64,000 nucleotides of DNA from Lama guanicoe (taxonomy: Eukaryota), in contig MU053513.1 of assembly GCA_013239625.1 (NCBI GenBank), forward strand, positions 1,166,927-1,230,926, given 5' to 3'. The position numbers and the translations under genes were made by a program. Positions 50,779 through 64,000 of this stretch are shown here, piece by piece. The notes below the pieces were generated by a model. It was not told the origin of the DNA. It searched no databases and saw only the letters and a list, made by a program, of their open reading frames with translations. The stretch's first letter is position 1, and each line of letters begins with the position of its first letter.

Positions 50779-51094
50779 CACGCATACCTCGCTATATTGA
50801 GCTTTGCTTTATTGTGTTTGTAGATATTGGACTTTTTACAAATTGAAGGTTTGTGGCAACCTTGTGTCGTCAGATGATGGTTAGCATCTTTTAGCAATGA
50901 AGTATTTTTAAATTAATGTATGCACATTTTTTTCAGACATAAAGATATTACACACACTTAATAGCCTACCATATAGTGTAAACATAACTTTTAGATGCCC
51001 TAGGAAACCAAAAACTTTGTGTGACTTGCTTTATTGTGATATTTGCTTTATTGCTGTGGTCTGGAACCAAACCCACATCTCCAAGGTGGGCAGG
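50779..51094. mobile_element. Tigger1-derived internally deleted MITE (~315 bp)
   Basis: Left end cacgcatacctcg, internal tacaaattgaaggtttgtggcaacc, right end ggtctggaaccaaacc...ctccaagg. Confidence 0.8.
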
Positions 51095-54000
51095 TACTAT
51101 TGTACTAATGGATCAGAACTGTTAATTATTTATGAATGCCCACGGGTATGAGAGTGAGGTGCTGCAGGACTGCTCGGAATTTCAGCCCTGATGAGACGGG
51201 TAGACGTCTGGGAGTTGGAGTAAGGACTGGAATGTCTACCATTTTCCCTGGGCTCCGCCAACAGTCATTTCACAGGCATTGAAAGCACTGTTCTCCAGCC
51301 AGCCCACCCGAACTTGGATTCCAGACAGTTGTGCACAGATTCTCATCACATCCACAGCCTTTCACCTCGTTTCCAGGAGCTACCTGACACAAGGATCTAT
51401 GATGTGTTACTTTCTAAAATCTCTTCCTTTAGAAGCTTAGTAGGTTACAGTTGGTCAACTTCATTAATTACTAGAATTCTAACTGAGAAGTGGACAGGGC
51501 CAAGTGTTTGGAATATTCTATGGAAAAATCAATTAACTGACCTGGTATTTCTCACATCACTCAACATTAAGATGAGAGAGGAATAATGAAATCAAAGAAG
51601 TGTATGGGCAGGAGTGTTTATGTTCATTGTTAGTTACAAAGAGCAAAAGTGATAGACGATACAATAAAAATCTCCATTCATTTTGGGCCACATAATACAA
51701 TTATATTAACTGTTAAGGTCACTGAATTAATGAATCTGCCAGGCTACTTTACTCACAGATAACAGAGCTCAGATTCACTACAGTCGTATTCTGGAAGTTA
51801 CTCCATCATCCCCTACCCTAAGTCTGTATATCTGTTGACTGGTGCCAGGACTCCAGGGGCTGTTCACAATCAAAAGCAACAGTAAATTCAAGAGTTATGC
51901 TTCTTCCGCCCCTCTGAGTAGTCACGAAAGTAAATCAACCCAGCAGTGAGTCGTTTATCAGTGTCTGCTCTGTCCAGGCATGGTGCTAGGTGCTAATGAC
52001 ACAAAGAAAGATATTTAGAGAAATCCCAACATATGACATATTTTGCTTATTTATCTAGTTTTTACTTCTAGTATCTGACACAGAAGTACAAACTTTAAGG
52101 CATATCTTTTTGTCTGACGGGTTCTCTGCTGTATCCTCGCAATAGGGCAGTCGATCTCTGCTGACTGAGTTAAATGAATGAAGTCCCTATGAGAAGAGAC
52201 TGACAAGACAGCGGACAGTTATAATTTGTAAGTAAGGTAATAAAGACATATAAAAGGTGCCACAAGCAGAGCTACTTAGACGGGAACATGATCACAAATG
52301 TGGTCATTAAAAGCTGAGTTTTTGCAATTTTTCCAGTATATCAAACTTCATTTACTCAGACTTGACCAATTTTGAGTATACGATGATTCTGCTACAGTTT
52401 GTATTTCCCCTTGGCACCCTTTTAAGGACATTTAAATAAAAACATAGTCAAAAAATCATTTCTGGTAGAATGTCCAACATTTTTAGATCCCAAACCATTT
52501 TCTAGAAATTTGTCAACATCTATTTTCATGTGAACAATGTCTATGACAATGACACGTGGTTCTCATCGAGTCACTGAAGCAGGTATTTTCACACAGTTAT
52601 CTTATTCCAGGAAGCAGACCATTCCTTTCCTCCTGTTTGTCATCACAGAAGAGTTGGTTCAGGAACACTTTCTTGGTACAATTTATTGATTTGCAAGTTA
52701 TTGTCCCTTATAACATTGTCATCCAAAGACTGATCCTTATGTTTGGCCCTTGAATAACCACAGAGATCAGGGGCTAATTGTGATTATGTGATTACAATCC
52801 AGGCTTACCAGATGATGAAAAAGGTCCGTCTGGAAGCTTTACCAACATTACGTCTCCATGTTTGAGAAGTTACATCTATACGTTAATTTGGATAACTAGG
52901 GACTAAAGAACCATGTATAGATGGTTGATTTTTAAATGTCACTGCCAGCACCTATGAGTATTTGCAAATTAGAAATTTCATCTTAATTTAACCTCAATAG
53001 CAATTTTGAAAAAGGTACATTACATAGATCACTGGATTAATCTCAATACAACAGGTAACTTTTAGAGTTGAATATATTTGTAGTGACTGAACTATATATC
53101 ATTTATTCTTAGAATATTTTATCTTTGCAACAGTGACTATAAAAACCTTGGGAAAAAATAATTTAGTGCAACTCTCAAATAATAGACTTTTTTTTAAAGC
53201 AATAAATTGAAATATAGAGGCTGTGACAGGACTGATGTTTCAATTATGAGACTTTTCCAAACCTCAACTATAAATCTCTGCATTATTGAATATAGAAGGT
53301 AATATTTTAATCATTTCCCATTTGTTGAAGAAGCATTAAATTAAGATAGTATTTGTACATGGTGAATGATTTGGAGAAAAGACAGAAATATTATAGTGGT
53401 GGGAAAAAAGAACAAAAACACACGGTATTTCTTATACCACAACTCTGGAACAGCTGTGAAATGTTGCCTGCCCCCAAGGTATGCGTCAGTGCTGCAACAT
53501 ACAAACACTTGTGCTGATTCATTTTTTTTTCTGTTTGATTTGTTGATAGAGAATTAACCAACAGCCCAACTGACAGCGCATTTTTGTCTCTGCCTAAAGA
53601 TTTGGAGAGTTACAAAGAAGTGAGAAAGCAGGGTATGTTGTATCAAGACAGCGCCCTCCAGAATGGGATAACCCCAAATCCTAATACTTTTCATGCATCT
53701 TTGGTCCTTCACGCCAGCCCGGAAAATGCTGTGCAAAATGAACAGTGGGGAAAAAAACTTAACAGAACAGTACACAAAGAAGAAAAGAAGCATAATGCCT
53801 GAAAGCCAAAACACTAATTTTTCAAAGAAGGGTCATTTGTATATTCCATATACTTTCGTTTTTTTTTATTCCAGGATCTTCTCCCAGGCTTGCACTCTTT
53901 TTGAGTCTGTTTAGGGAGAATATGTATGCCAGAACTCCTACGAATAATTGTCCATATGGTCCCCTGCTGCTAATCCTCACCAAAAAGTTGTAATTTCTTC

Positions 54001-57000
54001 TTTGGACATTTTTCCAAGGAATGAAATACAGTCATTTATCCCAGAATACCAAATAGAACAAAATTTTTTAATAAATAAAATGTATATATAACATATATAT
54101 ATGACACGTGATCATTACGTTAAGGAAAAAAATATAGGAAATGTGAAATGAATACAATCAAAAGATAACGTCCTAAAAACCAAACAGAGATTGTCTTGAG
54201 CTGCAGTGAGAGTAACTTATTCATAACTGATTGAGAACAAACTGTACTGTTAAGAGAATATCTTTATTACAAACTGTAGACTCTATCAGAGAACTGGACC
54301 ACTATCAAAACACAGGCTAGCATCAGTCCAGGGAACTGGTCATTCTAGCAGCCATGGGATCCTAAACCATGGCAAAAAGTCTCCTGGAAACCAGAGAGGT
54401 GTGCTATGCCACCTAAGAGTGAGAGATACAGTCATGAATAATAACAACAAACATTAGAACTATTTCCCTGGGCTAGGAAACCTCTTTTTGGGTATTAGGT
54501 CAAATAATCCTCACAACAACCCTATGACATGTGTGCTGCTTTATCTACACTTGGCAGATAAGAAAACTATGGTTCAATAAGATAAAGGACCTGTCCATGT
54601 TAAGTGTCACTGCCTGAACAAAGGCATGTCCAGGGTCCGTCCTTCTGATTAAGAAGCTGGACGCCTAAGGGCCCTACAATTTACTTGCTCAATGTTCTTA
54701 CCAAACTTCTCCCAGGAGAGCAGAGAAAGTTTCCCCAGGAATGGGAGACACTGAGACAGGCACTTGCCTGAGGGGACAGAGCTCTCACAGCGACTAGATC
54801 TAGGGAAGGCAGTGGTGGGGATGGAGGAGAAAATATTTCAGAACTGAAGCCCTGCGCCAGCTGTAAAAATGCATGAGGAAGCCCTTCTCTTCCTCCCTTC
54901 AGATTAAAACAGATATATCTACCTTGCCCTTGAGAGAGGTCAAGAAGAAGGCAGAGGCCACGAAACAAGGTTTAGGATTGACGTCGCTGAGTCAGAGAGG
55001 TCCAGGGAATAATGTGAAAGTTTCTCTGCCTGAGTCAAGTTCTGATCTACAGCAAATGATTATGTGTTCTTGGGATCACCATCACTAAGACCCACATTCG
55101 TGTTGTAGACAGGAAAGCAAAAAGAGAATTTAATTGATCCTGAGAGCAGGGAAAACAAAACCTACTTCCTTCATTATGTACACACAGAACTGTCTACATC
55201 ACTTCCCATGAGAAGACAGAGTCACAAAATCTTAGAAAACACAGGAGAGTTTCCTTTATCTAGCCCCGTCTTCTTCACAAAGCAGAAATTTCACACAGGT
55301 GCTGGTAAGTGGAGAAGACTCAGCAAGACTCGTGAAAGAATCTCTTCCGTAATTGCGTGAGTGGTTGAACGTTCTCTCTAATTACAAACTAAAATTTCCT
55401 CTGTGTATCTTAATTTTTGCTCTCCAAAGCATCATGGAATAAGTCCATTTGCTAAGTGTCAGCCTTTCACATACTTTAAAAATAACACTAGCCTTATCAC
55501 TTGCTTCATTTCTTCAACTGCTCCTCATACAACATAGTTTACAAACCCCTGGCTGTTCACCTTTTGTACCCTAGTCTCTTAAAAAATGCACTTGTCAGAA
55601 ATAAAATTAACACTTTATATATGATCCAATTAGTACGAAGCTCAATGGGCAATCATTTCCTGTGATCTGGACAAACTACTGACCTGTGCCTCCAGGATTA
55701 TGTCAGTTTCTCTTTCCCTTCAGGCTGTGCATTGATTCTAACTCCTAGGACATTTCAGGAAATAAGCTGCTTACGAATTAACTGTACTCTTATGAATACG
55801 TAGGGTAAGATGCCCTTCACTTTTCCTTGCTTGTTTCCAAATTATTCAGACTTAGATGTATGAATATATAAATATTTAAACATAAATATGCAGAGTTAGA
55901 GTCACAGGTTTGTGACTGTATTATTGATGGAGTTACATCATGGTACAAATATCTAGTTCTAGAACCTTGGATATCGAACCTGAGGCAGCACCAACGCACA
56001 TGCCCTTTGACCCACTTTGATAATGCCCCCCACACCCACATCCTGCCCCTCTTTAGTGTCTTATCACTTTAAAAACAGACCATTATGTATATTACAGGCT
56101 CCTAACTGGTCTTCTAGACCCAGTTACCTATTTATTCATTTATCTTATTTCAATTTGTTTAGTCTATTTATCAAATATCTCATAAATGCCGAAAACATGT
56201 CATTTTCCCTGTCCTTCTCTCACTGGGAATGTCTGTGGAAATCCTGCCACCGCTCCTACCCCATCTTCTCCAGGACTCCCTGTGGCCCGGTCATCTCTCA
56301 GTCTCCATTCCCATCACGTGAGGCACTGCTTCGTGAGCACGGACAGACAGAGTGACAGCAGAGTGTGAAAAAGATACCACAATGAGATGATGTCATATGA
56401 GTACAATAGCCCTTCAGTTATATTACAGGTGCCTTGAGAGTTGGAATGATGTCTTTAGCTTTCTCAAATCCTTCTCCTCCACCTTACACATAAGAGGGAA
56501 AAGACTCCCCAGTGTGTGTGAAAGAGACGAGAAGAAACAGGCAGTTTGAAGTACGGAAGTTCAGAGACTTAAGCAGAAAGCAGGTCTGGCAACCCCAAAT
56601 CCCAAGCCAAGGGTTTCAGGTGAAAACCAACAGAAGTAAAAGAAACCCTACATGGACGTGTGTTTCAAAGAGTGCCTCAGCCCTTCGGAACTGTTCATCC
56701 CTGGTCTGCCCAGAGTGCCTGTTTACTTAAAGGAACCTGGTTCAGTTAAAGTGAGTTTTCCATTTCTTTTTAAGTGATAAACATCTCCCCGGAAGCTTTT
56801 ACTGTCCTTAGGAAAAGGCCATAGTCTTGTCAAAACTGAGAACCATTTGGGAGGGTGAAGAGGAGAGATACAGATGCAGAGATTCCCACGTGGCCAGATG
56901 CCAGAAGGATCTGGGCGCTTGGAGATGGGGGGATGGGGCAGGGCTGGTCCCTTCCAGGGGCTACAACAGAGGCTTCTCTGCCTTAGAGGTCATCATCTGA

Positions 57001-59325
57001 GTTAAAAGGCTTGTGCCATCCCTGCACCTTCTGCGTAGGTTGTGAGAACCAACCACTGTTAAATCAAACTCACTGGCTAATCGATGAGCTTGATTTAACT
57101 TCAGCGAAGCTGCTCACTGCTGGCCGCTGGATGCTCCTTTCAGTATCTGACGCCTCCAGTCACAGGAGCGGTGCAGGAGGACCAGGTCCACTGGGGGGGG
57201 CTTGGGCCCAGGAGGAATAATGGAATTCTTTTATCCCAATCTGTCTTCAGTCAAAGGTAGAAAGGGAACATCATGTTGGCATCTTATACACATTAACAAA
57301 ACTCCCAAGGGTAGTTACTATTTTTCTGATACTACAGATAAATCAGTAGGCAAAATTTTTAGGTCTTGGAAGAAGAAAACATGTGTATGAAAATGCATAT
57401 GTCCTGCCTTGTTATAAAAGCAGTTTGAGGCATTTGAGGCATTTTACTTTGAACTATGCTTCTAACAGCATTGTAAACTCTGGCTTTTTCCAGCTATGAT
57501 TATCTATCTCAAACCCATAGTTGGGCTAAAACAAAATATGATTATGCTCTAAACATTAGCAATGGTAGAGGTATAAGATAGTTGCATTCTAATCAAGAAA
57601 TGTTTACCTAAAATTCATGACTAAAGTAATTATTAGCAACTCACCTATGATTTAAAGAGAGAATAACTAGTTGGAAGTCAGTTGAAGTATTGGATATGCA
57701 CTGTTTCGGGAACAAAAACTACGTTGACTGTCGGCAACACTTTTAACAGCAAAAGCAGACTGTAGCAGGAAGGTGTTTCAGGACGGATGTTAAGGTGTTT
57801 CGGTAAAACATCCACCCTGAGATGCATTATGTTTTTCCAAAGAGAAATTTCCAACTGGCAAAGTAGGTTTATTATTACAGAAATTTGGAAAGATTTTCTA
57901 AAGCCTTCTTTAGGGTCTAGCAATAATTTATTATTTAATGGGAATTTTGAATAAGTCTTCCTTTAAAGAGAGAAGGCATCCATAATTTTTAAGAGGAACA
58001 TCAATCATTGAAAAAGCTGACCTAAGCCCACAGACCAAACGCAAAGGCTCTCAGTAACCTTATGGGTAAGGATTGTTACATCCTCGTTACACGTGAACAA
58101 ATTGAGACACCGAACACAGGGATCCGGGTCAAGATTATGAGCAATGTCTATTTAACTCTAAAGCACAATCTGAGTACAGTTCAAGGTGAAATCAGCATAC
58201 ACTTCTGGTCATGAAAAAGATCTGACCTTGCAGATTATCCAGTCAATTTAATTAAAAATAATTCCGTTTCATGGTGGCACTTCAGTCAACCTGGTTGTCT
58301 GGTCACAAACGTGAGACAATTTGTTAATCATTGACTTTTTTTTTTTTTTTACTTTCTGAACTTACTTCTCTGGGGTTATGTAGTTACACTTTTAATTTTA
58401 ATTTGGGGTATCTAAGTAGCAAGCTGAAATTCATCTTTAGTTGTAAGTAGTGTATACTCTAGCATTCTCCAGACAACAGCCTACTAGCCTAAATCCAATC
58501 AAATTCCCATGTGGATTTTCAACACTTTGAATACATATCTTATCTCATGGCCCAAATTACTAGCCAGAAAGCTCTGTTCCTAGTCCATTTCCTCTATGAA
58601 ACAATCTAGTGCAACTGTTATACTCCACGTGGTTCTTTCTCTTGACACTTTGGTATTCATCATCCAATCTTCAACTGTTTCAGAAACATACACTATGGCG
58701 CCACTAAACCATAAACTCTATTAAGGAAAAGACTTTGTCTTGTGGACTACTTTGTCCTCAGTGCCTGGCTCAATGTGTGGTGCAATAAATACCAAATGAA
58801 AGAATGAATGAGAAGAAATTTTAGGGTCCACGGAAGCCACAAACTGTGACTCTTACTTTACACTACACTGGGCACATAGTGAGTGCCTAACGGTTAACTG
58901 GCATACAGCCTTCTCTGTAACACACAAAACTGTCCCAATTTGCTTCAATGGCTGCATCATCACCATCAATAAATGAATGGCCAACATTCGTCAAGTTCAT
59001 GATATTATTATGTTCAAGATCCAACAGAAGGCTGAGTTAATGGGTTGTGGGGTTTTAGGAGACGGGATCTTTTTTATTTTATTTTACTTATTTTCGGCAG
59101 GAGACAAAAGTTATTAGAAGTGGTAAACTTGGGCCTTGAAAGTTTAGCATGAGCAAGTCACTTTGGTACGATCTCAGGGGTGCAACTGCAATGACGTTTT
59201 TGCATTCCATGAATGATTACTTCCCTAAGAACTTAGAAGGGCTGTCATTTACTCGTGTATTAGCATCATCATTATTATCATCAAAAACTGCAGTAACTTA
59301 TTTTGTTGGCTTAAGATACAGTTAA

Positions 59326-59541
59326 CTATATATAAAAATAGACTTTAAAAAGTTTCCTCAGTCTAGTACAGGGAACAATGTTCAATATCTTGTAATAACC
59401 TTTAATAGAAAAGAATATGAAAATGAATATATGTATGTATATGCATGACTGGGGCATTGTGCTGTGCACCAGAAATTGACACATTATAACTGACTACACA
59501 TCGATTAAAAAATAAATAAAAATAAAAATAAAATTTAAAAA
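59326..59541 (+). mobile_element. Young short L1 3'UTR insertion
   Basis: acagggaac...ttcaatatcttgtaataacc...caccagaaattgacacatt plus A-rich tail; TSD ATACAGTTAA at 59316-59325 and 59542-59551. Confidence 0.85.
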
Positions 59542-61017
59542 ATACAGTTAAGACTCAGAGACCAGCAATCATTATCTAAAAGTCAAACCATTTTACTATA
59601 ATATGAAAACCCACTGCCCTGATACCATTTAAACTTTTAATCCCATAGCTTTTTTGGAAATCCAACTTTTGAAGAAAAAAACAAAACTTCACGATGCAGT
59701 ATGTACAGTGATCAGGTTGAGCTGATGTTCTTTCTAAAACAAAGTACTAATTGCCAGATTTCTGTCTGTCTTTTATGAAGCATTTTATCTTACCTAAAAC
59801 CTCATAGTTGATTATATGAATTACACCTGCTGCCTTTGCGGCTGAAGTCTACAGCTTGTGGTACAGAGTAAGAAGAACACCTTGAGAATTTGCCAAAGTG
59901 GTCCACTGGCAAGGAAACATCAGCCGTGCCATCCTTTATCCTTAACAAGAGCTATACAGCCTTACAAGATCCGCCCTTTATGAAGCAGATTGATTCATAA
60001 TCCACCTGTTTCACGGATAAGTCATGTTTAGCTCCACAGTGAGCACAAGCGCATTGTATCCCTTTTACTGAGTGACTGCAGCCCGTCCCGGGAACGTCTC
60101 CTTGACTCACTCACTGTTGACCCCAAACTTTTGCTCTGCTGGAGGCACTTCATTCCCAGCCCTCTCACGTAGCCCAGTGTCTGCAGTGACTACTTCCTCC
60201 CCGAGCTACTGACTGAAGTGGTGATGACTGCCTCACTTGTCGCTCACTAAATAGTGACACACATGGTGATCCCATTCTTGTTATCCATCCAGAATGAGGA
60301 CCTATATTGTAAAGAGTACACAGAAATGCTGGTGACCTGGCTGCGTTCCAATAAAATCCCTGGTGCCCCTGTCCTGTCCCTCAGTGTTCAGCAGGATCTA
60401 CAGGTGAAACTGTTTGGGACCCTGTAGGGCTCTCCAGGTCACCTCTGCTCTGTCCACTTACATCACACATTTCTGTCATTCCTTGCTGACAAATGACACC
60501 AAACAAAGCAAAAGACAAGAGCACTAGGTCACACCTAGCAGGATTTAATCAGCTCATTTAAGACCGTCTATGCTTTTAACGGAGGTTCAGAAAAGTTCCT
60601 GCTTTCCCTACTCTCAGTGTGGTGTTAAACTCGATGCCACATCAACCCTATCCTTCAGCAGCCTCTCAGAAGAGAAGTGTTGGTTAGCTTCGACTTTTTA
60701 TCACTGAGTAGCACACCACTTTGAAATAAGGATCTAGCAATTTTTTAGTTCCAGTGAATAACTTAAATTGCATATAGTTCTTGCAGGATGGGGCAGGATG
60801 GGATTTTTCATTGTTGACTTTTGTTTTTAAGGGTATATTGTCGATCTAGCGTAAATAAGTCTTCGTAACAGACCAAAATCAACGGCAGTTCTCCTTGGTG
60901 TGATCCTTGTGTGAAGAATTATTACATAAGCATATTACTAATTTCAGAAGATTGCTTCCAATTTATAACCAGTGACTTGGAGCAGTTTCTAAGATCTCAA
61001 ACCAACAAACAAAATAT

Positions 61018-61780
61018 TGTAATATCACCTTTAGATCCTGGAATATAAAAAGAATTTCAGTGGCCATTGTCTCCTGGTTCCTAGGAAGAAGCCCCTAAGC
61101 CCTTGGAAATTCCAAAATGATAGGTGTGTCTCTGTCATTCACAGTAGGCCCCTGGAATCAAGCCGAAGTTTATGCTAATGAGGTGACTCATGATGGACCC
61201 CCTAAATAATTTCAGGATGGGGACAGACCATGCTGAAAAGAGCACTCATGTAATTAGTAGGTTGAATCACTAAGCCACAGGCAATCAGCCTGACCTCCTG
61301 GGGACTGAAAAGGTCGATGATTCAATCAATCGTGACAGGTAATAAAATTTGATAAAAACTCTGGACACAGAAAGCTTGAGTGAGCCATCCTGCTTGGTGC
61401 TGCACAGTGATGGACTGGGAGGGTGAAACCTCCTGAAGACAGACAAGCTTGGTGTTTGAGACCCTCCCAGATCTTGCCCTATGAGTCTCTTCTTTTGGCT
61501 CACCTGATTTGTATCCTCTACAATAAAACAATGAGCAGAAGTACAATACTTTCCTGAGATCTGTGAGTCACTCTAGAGAATTATCAAACCTGACAAGGTG
61601 GGGGGAACACCTGAATTTATTTCCAGTTGGTCAGAAATGCAGGTGGCCTGAGAATCCCCAAACTTGTGGTTAGTGTCGGAAGTGAGGGCAGTCTTGCAGG
61701 GGACTGTGCCCTTAATCTGTAAAATCTGAAATAACTCTGGGCAGTTAGCTTCAGAATTGCATTTCAGGTCCCTTGTTACA
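61018..61780 (+). mobile_element. Solo LTR, MER21-like
   Basis: TG...CA ends; gtttatgctaatgaggtgact, ttcaggatgggg, caataaaac, ctgtgagtcactctag motifs. Confidence 0.7.
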
Positions 61781-63094
61781 TCTTAGAGCACGAAAGCGTG
61801 ATAAAGGCTAAGTAAGGCTGGAAATACTATAATAGCCCTGGACTGCTTCAGTTCAGGCATCTTGATATTGATCTTACATGCTGGAACTGGTGACTGGGTT
61901 ACCATTTTCATACCATTACAAAGCAGTTGGAGGATGTACATGAACTTTTCAATTAAGCCATGGTGGTTATCCTAGGCATAGCTAGTAGCAAAAAAAAAAA
62001 AAAAATCCTTGCACTTGTTCAAAGTGTAGAGTTTTGAATGAAGTTATTAAGAGCCCCCTCTGACTGACGTAAAACAAATACTTCATGATAGGAAAGTATA
62101 AGCGGTTGAAACTGGAAAGAACCTCCAACATCACATAGCCTAATTTTATTCATTTCATGGGGAAGAAAATAACTGAGGCCAAGGAAAGAAGTGGTTTGCC
62201 CAACAACTGTTCAGCGTCTGGGCTAGGACCAGGTTAGACCTACACAACTCAAAATGCAGTGTGCTCCCTAAGCTCTTTGTGGTAAAGCACGTTCAGTTAC
62301 TGAGGCAGGTGTATTGTGAGGGGACCTTCATTCCTCAAAAAAAAATAAGTGCAGCTGTATAACTCTGATGACTAAGGCCACGACAGAGCATGGAAAAGAA
62401 AGCTGAGGATATCATGGGTGGGTCTTCTCTGGCTGACTAAGGACTGTGGCCATTATTCTATAAGCATGTCAAGCCATTAAAGGATTTTAAATAAAACAAA
62501 ACAAAAACCAGAAAGCAAAACAAAACTTCCCTATTGCATACATGGGATATGACCTTGCCAACTCGCTTGAAGCTCTCAACAGAAACGCTTCCTTATCTTG
62601 TTGCTTTTCTTTCTACCCAACTCAGCAACAACAATGGTCCTCTATTATAGAAGTCTTGTGAGGAAGAAGGTAGAACGGAGTCTTTGCCTGAATAGTTAAA
62701 CTCAGATCTGTAATTCCTGGCTCAAGTGAGGTCCAGGAAGGAACTTGAACTAGCCAGAGAGTAAAGGAATCAGGGACCTACTGATTCTAAGTACATTCGA
62801 GAGCCCCCACTGCGTCACCAGAGTGCTGTCTGGGGGAAAGCAGGGAAGAGATTTCTGGCTGCAGAAGTCCCTCCAGCATGATTTCTCCAATTCTATAAGG
62901 AACAGAGGGAGGAATGCTGCCCCCTGTATAATCCTTGTGTAGCTCCTCAGTCTTCCAGGGACTAAAAGTGATACAGTCCACCGACCCAGGCACACATATA
63001 TAAATTAATTATACAAAAATTAACTCAATCTTTGTTAACAGGTTTAGCAGTTAAGGTTATCAGTTTACTATCAGGAGGCAAAGCTAAATTGAGG

Positions 63095-63735
63095 TGCAAC
63101 CTACAAGACAATGACAAGAATTCTTCAAAAGTGTCAAGGTCATAAAAGACAAGGAAGGACTAAGAAATTGTCCCAGAGTCTAAGGGGTCATGACAATGTA
63201 ATGCTGTATCTCGGACTGGACCCTGGAACAGAAAAAGGTCATAAGTAGAAAAGCTGGTCACTCAAAGAGAATCTGTAATTAAGTACAGTAAAGCAAGATG
63301 TTAACAGTAGGCGAAGCTGGGTGAGGGCTATATATACACATATATACAGATATGTGTGTATATACATACACACACACACATACATATACATATATATATG
63401 AAATTTCCTTGACATTTTTGAAACTATTTAGTAAACTTAAATTTTAGAAAAAACCATTTCCTACTGAAACTATCAATTCTATGTCTATGAATTTATTCTA
63501 AGGACATAAATAGGAATGTGTGCAAAACTCCACAGGATGTTCACCTCAGTGTTGTTTATGAAACAGAAAAACAGTAGCAGCCTCCAACAATCAGAGACTT
63601 GTAAAATAGGTTATCGTATACCTACACAATGGAATAGTCTGCAGCCATTAAAATGATGTGGCCTAAGAATGCTTACAGGTGACATGAAATGTTTATATTG
63701 TAGTTAAGAAAATAAAGATTATAAAATAATAGCAT
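63095..63735 (+). mobile_element. Old L1 (L1MC/ME) 3' fragments with a (TA/CA)n tract at 63329-63400
   Basis: aaaagtgtcaaggtcataaaagacaagg; cacaatggaatagtctgcagccattaaa. Confidence 0.65.
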
Positions 63736-64000
63736 TTCAGTTTGATTACTATAGTAATAATTACAATAGTTGAAACTTACTGCATAATTACTACGTACCT
63801 TCTGAAATAGGTCTACTAATAGGTCCTACTCGCATTTTAATGAGAAGGAAAAAAAGACCAAATATGGTTAATTAACTTACACAAGGTCAAACAGTAAAGA
63901 TAGTCTGGCTCCCAAAATCACACCCTTAATACATCCTCTCTAATACATGTGTGTATGGTTTGAGCAATGCATGGAAGAACATCAACAGAAATGTAACAGG

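Larger units (their letters stand above)
47748..64000 (-). other. PTGFR: PTGFR last intron (continues beyond the window)
   Basis: No upstream PTGFR coding exon (TM1-TM6) seen in any frame within the window. Confidence 0.8.

Noticed and set aside
63121..63300. Similarity to ~24040-24220
   Set aside because: Both are the same old L1 3'UTR region with much divergence: independent copies, not a duplication.
47847..64000. Many 60-135 aa ORFs in the PTGFR intron
   Set aside because: No recognisable domains or consistent exon structure; lengths are compatible with chance.

Overview
AT-rich mammalian genomic DNA, probably a camelid: a Vic-1-like tRNA-derived SINE and young L1 3' ends point that way. 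Two genes lie on the minus strand in the usual PTGFR-IFI44L order. The first is the 3' end of PTGFR (prostaglandin F2-alpha receptor): last coding exon 47445-47747, a ~3.4 kb 3'UTR, and its upstream intron running off the right edge. The second is the 5' part of the interferon-stimulated gene IFI44L: an ISRE-rich promoter at ~18878-18973, non-coding exon 1, and coding exons 2-6, all with canonical splice sites and one open frame; later exons lie left of the window. The rest is interspersed repeats (old and young L1, L2/MIR, MaLR/ERV LTRs, Charlie, Tigger/MER2), microsatellites and one 122-N assembly gap. I found no new protein-coding system. The most notable sequence-level signals are an L1 3' transduction in IFI44L intron 1, an ~0.8 kb local duplication with a sharp identity step and a templated junction scar, an internally deleted L1 with TSDs, a composite DNA patch inside an old L1, and a triple-ISRE promoter partly built from a direct repeat. 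Repeat family names and cross-species comparisons are from memory, not from a search.
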